From: Pseudidiomarina andamanensis
GTDB lineage: Bacteria > Pseudomonadota > Gammaproteobacteria > Enterobacterales > Alteromonadaceae
DNA: 32,000 nucleotides
NCBI RefSeq assembly: GCF_009734345.1
Contig: NZ_CP032551.1
Coordinates: forward strand, 1,230,001-1,262,000
Direction of reading: 5' to 3'
Positions 26,847 through 32,000 of the stretch are shown here, one piece after another. Below the pieces are notes generated by a model. That model saw only the letters and a program-made list of their open reading frames with translations. It was not told the DNA's origin and ran no database searches. How positions within the stretch are numbered: the stretch's first letter is position 1; each line of letters begins with the position of its first letter. The translations under genes were made by a program, and so were the position numbers.

Positions 26847-26974
26847 ATTTAACTTGGAAGACGCTTTGTCCGCTGTGTGCCAGGAGCGGACGTTGACGCT
26901 GAAATAAGCGGCGGCCCGACAAGGGCGTCCGGTGGAGGCCGCCGGCCGGAACGAACTTAATTGACTGGTTAACT
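26847..26974 (-). repeat. long irregular attC-like element with a GC-rich core; 3' boundary uncertain (26835-26853)
   Basis: The R'' box AGTTAAC (plus gttaact, 26968-26974) is 7/7 complementary to the 5' junction of the SRPBCC cassette and overlaps its stop codon. A GTTAAAT core site lies at 26847-26853. The interior holds several alternative GC-rich stems. Confidence 0.4.
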
Positions 26975-27427
26975 GGCGCTGCTACCATAATAAGACCTTA
27001 GCACCTGATGACGGTGCTTAAAGATGAACCGGTAAACAGGTGCCAGAACATATGCCAACACGGGCAACCTACACTGAAATTCGACGGTATCGGTGACCCG
27101 GCATGATGTCCCGTTTCTACTAATGTCCCGTCGATGGTGCCAGAGCCTATTGGTTAAAGAGCTCGACGCCTCCGCAAAACCACTTTGGCGATCAATGGAT
27201 TGAAAGAAGAACGTGTGCCGATCAATGGGAAAAATGCCGAAAAGGAGTATCCAGCTAGAGAAGAGCACGTTACCCGTAGGCCATTCAAAGATTGGCTTGC
27301 TTGACCATTCTGAGGGAACCGTCATGCGGATGAAAGGGTTCAACTCCGTATTCACGCCCTTCATGGTGAGCAATCCATCGATATCTTCCGGACTGATTTT
27401 AAGGTTACTCGATACTTCAAATTTCAC
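26969..27427 (-). CDS. SRPBCC (START/cyclase-dehydrase-like) ligand-binding family protein
   Basis: GTG start with GGAAGG 5 nt upstream. The C-terminal pattern ...RLWHHRRDI..NGTSCRVTDTVEF......VYRFIFKHRHQVL resembles the SRPBCC W-H-H ... D-V-Y/F ... F-x-R-R pattern. Confidence 0.5.
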   Translation of the reverse strand: MKFEVSSNLKISPEDIDGLLTMKGVNTELNPFIRMTVPSEWSSKPIFEWPTGNVLFSSWILLFGIFPIDRHTFFFQSIDRQSGFAEASSSLTNRLWHHRRDISRNGTSCRVTDTVEFQCRLPVLAYVLAPVYRFIFKHRHQVLRSYYGSSAS

Positions 27428-27443
27428 TGGTGCCTTCCGTGAC

Positions 27444-27513
27444 AGTTAACGTAGAAGTCACCGGCGCTGCGCAGCTTTATCGCGCAGCGTCCGAGTGGAC
27501 TGCCGGGTTAGAA
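27444..27513 (-). repeat. integron attC recombination site (70 nt), canonical architecture
   Basis: The plus strand (the predicted bottom strand) reads AGTTAAC GTAGA AGTCACCGGCGCTGCGC agctttatc GCGCAGCG[T]CCG[A]GT[G]GACT GCCGG GTTAGAA. It has 7-nt R boxes, 5+5 nt of unpaired spacer, and a 17-bp stem with single-base bulges T, A and G, all on the 3' arm. Confidence 0.7.
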
Positions 27514-27537
27514 GTGCTCGGAAAAACTCAACCGCCA

Positions 27538-27930
27538 CTATATTGAACACTTATTTCTTGCCTTCTTGTATTTGCCAAATTTCTCGACTCCTTTCTCAAG
27601 GGTTCGCTCCGCAGTGTATTCTCTGTCACCCATGAATTCGAGAAACCCTTTGATCGTCATTTCCATCGACTCACCCAGGTTTGCCTTGGCTTCTTCTAGG
27701 CATTTGCCTACGACAACCTCATCAAGATCACGTTTTATTGACTGTAAATTTGCAACTTGGGAACTTAGTGCAACTCGGGCAGTTGCTCCAGCAAGTTGGG
27801 TGCCATCAAGCCAACGCTGTTCAATCTTCTTGATTTCAGTCATCCCTTTATCTTTTGGCTCAATCAGTTTTTCGCATCCGACTAAGGCAATTGTAATAAA
27901 GGGAATCGCCAACGCTGTTTTGTATTTCAT
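27538..27930 (-). CDS. small lipoprotein of unknown function (130 aa)
   Basis: Lipobox IALVGC at residues 14-19. GGGAGA lies 5 nt upstream of the ATG. The mature part is predicted helical, and no family was recognised. Confidence 0.7.
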   Translation of the reverse strand: MKYKTALAIPFITIALVGCEKLIEPKDKGMTEIKKIEQRWLDGTQLAGATARVALSSQVANLQSIKRDLDEVVVGKCLEEAKANLGESMEMTIKGFLEFMGDREYTAERTLEKGVEKFGKYKKARNKCSI

Positions 27931-27964
27931 GAAATCTCCCTGTGGTGAAAATTAAGCACAGAAC

Positions 27965-28148
27965 TTCTAACATTTATATATTGTGCGTGCGCACTTCGGA
28001 ACTAGTTTAATTGATAGCTTTAGGTTCTTAAGTTACTGATTAAGCGGGCCTTACCACCTTTAAGAGCTCCGAGTTAGCAATGGCAATTTGAGCATACTCA
28101 GTTACACTCTACCGAGCGCACAATATCTGACCTTTATTTTTTGTTATG
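27965..28148 (-). repeat. 184-bp imperfect palindrome, either an oversized attC-like site or a MITE-like element
   Basis: ATATTGTGCG (27979-27988) pairs with CGCACAATAT (28117-28126), and interrupted complementarity continues inward for about 45 nt per arm. The flanks are TTCTAAC (27965-27971) and GTTATGT (28142-28148). Confidence 0.3.
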
Positions 28149-28347
28149 TCATTGACAGTATACGACTTAAATACACAACACAACAACAAAACGTGCAATA
28201 TCGCCGAAGTGAATGTGCCGTGTATGGCTAGCGACATCCACATTTACTAATAACGCGACGGCTAGTCACCAACTGGATTAGGCAGAAGGTCCGCTCCTCG
28301 CTCAAAGCGGAAGCAATCCCAAGAACTTGGTCATATTTGAATCTCTT

Positions 28348-28599
28348 TTAGCAGGCAGCGTTCCGCTGATTCTTCTGCTCTAAACTCAGCCGTTCTGCCA
28401 ACCAAACTTTAATGAGTGATTGCCGCGTCACGCCAATACGAGCAGCTTCTTGATCTAAAGACTCGACAATCCACAGTGGAAAATCGACATTAATTCGCTT
28501 AGATTCCTGATTTACTCGCCGTGCCGTTGAGAGATCGAGATCGTCAATAATATCTTCCTTATTGGCATCAAATTTTTCTTCAAATTTCTTGGTTTTCAT
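28348..28599 (-). CDS. brnA: BrnA-family antitoxin (ribbon-helix-helix/CopG-like)
   Basis: KRINVDFPLWIVESLDQEAARIGVTRQSLIKVWLAERL is typical of BrnA. ATG 28599 has AAGAGG upstream, and the gene overlaps the end of brnT by 20 nt. Confidence 0.8.
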   Translation of the reverse strand: MKTKKFEEKFDANKEDIIDDLDLSTARRVNQESKRINVDFPLWIVESLDQEAARIGVTRQSLIKVWLAERLSLEQKNQRNAAC

Positions 28600-28876
28600 A
28601 AAGCTCAACCTCTTTCTTTCGTGAGCGTCTCACCGAAATAATGCGGATTTTCTCGCCGCGAAACGTAATGATTGCTGACCAATGCTTTCTTCCAATCATG
28701 CCGATGACTATGTATCGCAATTCTTCAGTGTATTTTGTCTTTATTTCTAATAGGTTAGGGTCATCCCAAAGTTTCTGGCCACATTCGAAATCAATGCCAT
28801 GCTTTAATAAATTCGACAAACTTTTTTCGCGATCATAGTCGAAACTATGAGTATAATGTATTCCTTTTTTACTCAC
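28580..28876 (-). CDS. brnT: BrnT-family (DUF497) ribonuclease toxin
   Basis: FDYDREKSLSNLLKHGIDFECGQKLWDDPN...YIVIG......IRIISVRRSRKKEVELYE matches the BrnT pattern. GTG start with AAGGAG 9 nt upstream. Confidence 0.8.
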   Translation of the reverse strand: MSKKGIHYTHSFDYDREKSLSNLLKHGIDFECGQKLWDDPNLLEIKTKYTEELRYIVIGMIGRKHWSAIITFRGEKIRIISVRRSRKKEVELYENQEI

Positions 28877-28921
28877 TTCGCAAATCTCCTTATTTGCTGA
28901 CGTGAGAACATTAGCATTGGT

Positions 28922-28941
28922 TTTGAGTGCATTAGCTCAAA
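28922..28941. promoter_or_regulatory. inverted repeat upstream of brnT, candidate BrnA operator
   Basis: TTTGAG-N8-CTCAAA lies 46-65 nt upstream of the brnT start. RHH antitoxins typically autoregulate through such repeats. Confidence 0.3.
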
Positions 28942-29003
28942 GCTATAATTGCTCCCAGCTCTCTAAGATTTCTCTGTTTCAAAAATACGACTTTTCAACG
29001 CTC

Positions 29004-29033
29004 ATAAAAAAGGCGAGCTAAAAAGCTCGCCTT
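29004..29033 (-). terminator. rho-independent terminator of gcvP
   Basis: The minus strand reads AGGCGAGCT-TTTT-AGCTCGCCT followed by TTTTTT. It lies 21 nt downstream of the gcvP stop at 29054. Confidence 0.8.
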
Positions 29034-29053
29034 CTTCATCACATCAAAACCAA

Positions 29054-31939
29054 TTAACGATAAGTATCAACCGCCGGGCAACTACACATCAAATTCCGGT
29101 CGCCATACACGTCGTCAATGCGGTTCACGCTTGGCCAGAACTTGTTCGCCTTAACGGCAGCTACAGGGTATGCAGCAAGTTCGCGGCTATATGGGCGTTC
29201 CCAGTTCGCATCAACAATGTCTGCCAACGTGTGTGGTGCGTTGTGCAGTGGGTTGTTGTCTTCTGGCCACTCGCCGGCTTCAACGCGTTTCGCTTCTTCA
29301 CGAATGTTGATCATGGCTTCAATGAAGCGGTCTAGCTCAGCTTTCGATTCAGACTCGGTTGGCTCAACCATTAATGTGCCCGCTACTGGGAAGCTCATGG
29401 TTGGGCTGTGGAAGCCGTAGTCTTGCAAGCGTTTTGCCACGTCCATCTCGGTCACGCCACAAGCGTCTTTTAATGGGCGCAAGTCGATAATACATTCGTG
29501 CGCAACGCGGTCGTTACGGCCTTTGTACAGAATTGGGTAGTGCTTGCTTAAGTGCTTCGCAATGTAGTTGGCGTTCATAATAGCCACTTCCGTTGCTTCG
29601 CGCAGGCCACGTGAACCCATCATCACAATGTACATCCACGAAATTGGCAAAATGCTCGCGCTACCAAATGGTGCTGCAGATACCGCGCCGTTTTCAGCAT
29701 CGGTGTCCGCAATTTTCACCACACTGTGGTTCGGTAAGAATGGTGCTAAGTGCTTCTTCACGCCAATTGGGCCCATACCAGGACCACCACCGCCGTGCGG
29801 AATACAGAAGGTTTTGTGCAAGTTTAAGTGCGATACGTCGGCACCAATGTAACCTGGTGAGGTGACGCCCACTTGCGCGTTCATATTGGCACCATCAAGG
29901 TAAACCTGACCACCGTGCGCGTGCACAATGTCACAGATGTCTTTAATGCCTTCTTCGTAAACGCCGTGCGTTGACGGGTAAGTCACCATAATGCATGACA
30001 AGTTGTCGCCTGCTTCTTCAGCTTTCGCTTTCAAGTCAGCCAAATCAACGTTACCGTTCTTGTCACAGTCAACCACTACCACGTTCATGCTCATCATTTG
30101 CGCTGAAGCTGGGTTGGTACCGTGTGCTGAGCTTGGAATTAAGCAGATGTTGCGATGCGCATCGCCACGGCTTTGGTGATATTTCTGAATGGCTAACAAG
30201 CCAGCGTATTCGCCTTGTGCACCTGAGTTTGGTTGCATCGACATCACGTCGTAGCCAGTGATATCCACTAACCACTCAGACAACGTGCTGAGCAATTCAG
30301 CGTACCCTTGCGCTTGGTCTGCTGGGCAGAACGGATGCAACTGACCGAATTCCGGCCAAGTGACTGGAATCATTTCAGCGGTGGCGTTGAGCTTCATGGT
30401 ACATGAGCCCAACGAGATCATGCTGTGGTTCAATGACAAGTCTTTGTTTTCAAGCTGCTTGATGTAACGCAGCATTTCGGTTTCAGAGTGGTAGCTGTTG
30501 AATACTGGGTGTTCCAAAATCGCGCTTTCACGGCGAAGTGCTGCCGGAATTGATTCAATTTCACCAGAAGCCACACGTGAATCTAACACGTCAATTTCTA
30601 AACCGTGATCAGCACCGAATAACGCTGCGAACAAGGCGTCAACGTCTTGGCGGGTTTTCGCTTCATCTAAGCTCACGCCGAACTGGCCGTTGCCGTCAAC
30701 GCGCAAGTTAATTTCAGCTTTGTCTGCGCGCGCTAATACGTCAGATGCGTCGCCTTCAAGTTTGAAGGTTAAGGTATCGAACCAATGGTTGTTCAATACT
30801 TTCACGCCCTTCTCTTTTAAGCCAAGCGCGACGATGTCGGTCAAACGGTTAATGCGTGATGCGATGGTTTTCAGGCCTTGTGGGCCGTGGTAGACCGCGT
30901 AGAACGATGCCATGTTGGCAAGCAATACCTGCGCAGTACAGATGTTTGAGTTCGCTTTCTCACGACGGATGTGCTGTTCACGAGTCTGCATAGCCATACG
31001 CAATGCTTGGTTGTCACGGCTGTCTTTTGACACACCGATGATACGACCTGGCAGTGAACGCTTGTATTTGTCACGGGTTGCAAAGAATGCAGCATGCGGG
31101 CCGCCGTAACCCATTGGTACGCCGAAACGTTGTGCTGAACCCAGCACCATGTCAGCGCCCATTTCGCCTGGCGATTTCAACAACACAAGGCTCATGATAT
31201 CTGCGGCAACGGCAACAATACCTTTGTTCGCTTGAATATCAGCAATCAGCTTTTCAATGTTGTGTATTTCACCGTTGCGGTCTGGATATTGCAACAACGC
31301 ACCGAATACGTCGTGGTTATCGGCTTCGCGCGCTGGTCCAACAATTACGTCAAAACCAAACTGCTCGGCGCGCGTTTTCACCACATCAATCGTTTGTGGG
31401 AACACGTTGTCAGCAACGTAGTACGTGTTTGATTTGCTCTTGCTCACACGCTTCGACATGGCCATGGCTTCGGCTGCTGCCGTTGCTTCGTCAAGTAATG
31501 ACGCGCTCGCCAGTTCAAGGCCAGTCAAATCCATGGTCATTTGTTGGAAGTTCAAAATGGCTTCTAAACGACCCTGAGCAATTTCTGGCTGGTACGGCGT
31601 GTACGCGGTGTACCAACCTGGGTTCTCAAGTACGTTACGCAAAATAACGTTCGGTACTAGGGTGTCGTAGTAACCCATACCGATAAATGACTTGTACACT
31701 TTGTTCTTGCTCGCGATACCTTTGAGTTTGGCAAGCGCTTCACGCTCGTTCATTGGTTCGCCAACAGACAAAAATGGGTCGCGACGAATCGCGCCAGGAA
31801 CGGTGTCACGCGTTAGCACTTCGAGTGAGCTAACACCCAACTCAGCCAACATCGCCTTGGTTTCATCAGCACTTGGGCCAATGTGGCGGGCAATGAATTC
31901 ACCGTGATTTTCTAACTGCTTCAGCGTAGTAGTCGTCAT
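29054..31939 (-). CDS. gcvP: glycine dehydrogenase (decarboxylating), glycine cleavage system P protein
   Basis: A 961-aa single-chain P protein. It has the PLP-lysine region [18 protein letters not shown] and an N-terminal [14 protein letters not shown]. Confidence 0.95.
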   Translation of the reverse strand: MTTTTLKQLENHGEFIARHIGPSADETKAMLAELGVSSLEVLTRDTVPGAIRRDPFLSVGEPMNEREALAKLKGIASKNKVYKSFIGMGYYDTLVPNVILRNVLENPGWYTAYTPYQPEIAQGRLEAILNFQQMTMDLTGLELASASLLDEATAAAEAMAMSKRVSKSKSNTYYVADNVFPQTIDVVKTRAEQFGFDVIVGPAREADNHDVFGALLQYPDRNGEIHNIEKLIADIQANKGIVAVAADIMSLVLLKSPGEMGADMVLGSAQRFGVPMGYGGPHAAFFATRDKYKRSLPGRIIGVSKDSRDNQALRMAMQTREQHIRREKANSNICTAQVLLANMASFYAVYHGPQGLKTIASRINRLTDIVALGLKEKGVKVLNNHWFDTLTFKLEGDASDVLARADKAEINLRVDGNGQFGVSLDEAKTRQDVDALFAALFGADHGLEIDVLDSRVASGEIESIPAALRRESAILEHPVFNSYHSETEMLRYIKQLENKDLSLNHSMISLGSCTMKLNATAEMIPVTWPEFGQLHPFCPADQAQGYAELLSTLSEWLVDITGYDVMSMQPNSGAQGEYAGLLAIQKYHQSRGDAHRNICLIPSSAHGTNPASAQMMSMNVVVVDCDKNGNVDLADLKAKAEEAGDNLSCIMVTYPSTHGVYEEGIKDICDIVHAHGGQVYLDGANMNAQVGVTSPGYIGADVSHLNLHKTFCIPHGGGGPGMGPIGVKKHLAPFLPNHSVVKIADTDAENGAVSAAPFGSASILPISWMYIVMMGSRGLREATEVAIMNANYIAKHLSKHYPILYKGRNDRVAHECIIDLRPLKDACGVTEMDVAKRLQDYGFHSPTMSFPVAGTLMVEPTESESKAELDRFIEAMINIREEAKRVEAGEWPEDNNPLHNAPHTLADIVDANWERPYSRELAAYPVAAVKANKFWPSVNRIDDVYGDRNLMCSCPAVDTYR

Positions 31940-32000
31940 TTACTTCAGGTCCCCTAGCTTCCGGGTGGATACAAGACATTTGAAACACAAAACCCCGGTG

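Larger units (their letters stand above)
25945..28999 (-). mobile_element. integron-type gene-cassette array without an integrase in the window (CALIN-like)
   Basis: An AT-rich block of short same-strand ORFs. Each ORF is followed by an imperfect palindrome and bracketed by 7-nt AAC/GTT inverted repeats. One site is a textbook attC. See findings. Confidence 0.55.

Noticed and set aside
28172-28192. A short CAA/CA-rich tract (acacaacacaacaacaaaac) as a possible phase-variable microsatellite.
   Set aside because: It has only about three imperfect units and is not positioned in a promoter spacer or a coding region.
28109-28243. A 44-aa minus-strand ORF (MWMSLAIHGTFTSAILHVLLLCCVF...) in the brnA/lipoprotein gap.
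   Set aside because: It has no Shine-Dalgarno sequence. Its 3' third runs into the arm of the 184-bp palindrome, and its Cys/Leu-rich composition derives from a TTG/TGT low-complexity tract.
28877-29003. attI-like site or canonical cassette junction for the BrnTA unit (GTTGAAA at 28993-28999 on the minus strand).
   Set aside because: No complementary TTTCAAC-type inverse core occurs downstream of brnA. The single GTTRRR-like heptamer could easily be chance.
31940-32000. CCGGGG followed by TTTTGTGTTT on the minus strand, as the tail of a terminator between gcvH and gcvP.
   Set aside because: The 5' half of any hairpin lies outside the window, so it cannot be evaluated.
1-32000. CRISPR arrays, rRNA genes, IS elements or transposases, phage genes and tyrosine or serine recombinases.
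   Set aside because: None was seen. There are no regularly spaced direct repeats and no ORF with recombinase or transposase hallmarks in any frame.

Overview
This is a chromosomal segment from a gammaproteobacterium. An Alteromonadales-like marine origin is inferred only from gene content, such as the YVRGLGERY-type TonB receptor, NhaD and a TolB-amidohydrolase fusion. About 29 kb is densely coded housekeeping or niche DNA. It holds tRNA-Phe, a lipoprotein plus TonB-dependent receptor operon, an orphan gluzincin peptidase and an SDR. It also holds the glyoxylate shunt operon aceB-aceA, nhaD, a LysR-aceK pair, and an S10 peptidase / YqaE / amidohydrolase operon. Further along are an NRAMP-type transporter, a two-gene operon (acetyl-CoA hydrolase/transferase-GNAT fusion plus HDAC-type deacetylase), a cytochrome c-FTR1 iron permease and gcvP.

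The unusual part is a visibly AT-rich block of about 3.1 kb (about 25.9-29.0 kb) between gcvP and the FTR1 gene. It carries five short minus-strand ORFs: BrnT/BrnA toxin-antitoxin, a small lipoprotein, an SRPBCC protein and a secreted TIMP/NTR-like protein. These are separated by imperfect palindromes. One palindrome (27444-27513) has the full architecture of an integron attC site. Successive ORFs are bracketed by 7-nt AAC/GTT inverted repeats, as expected for integron gene cassettes. No integrase, transposase, CRISPR array or rRNA is present in the window. I read the block as an integrase-less cassette array (CALIN-like). All attC calls are by eye and need a covariance-model check.
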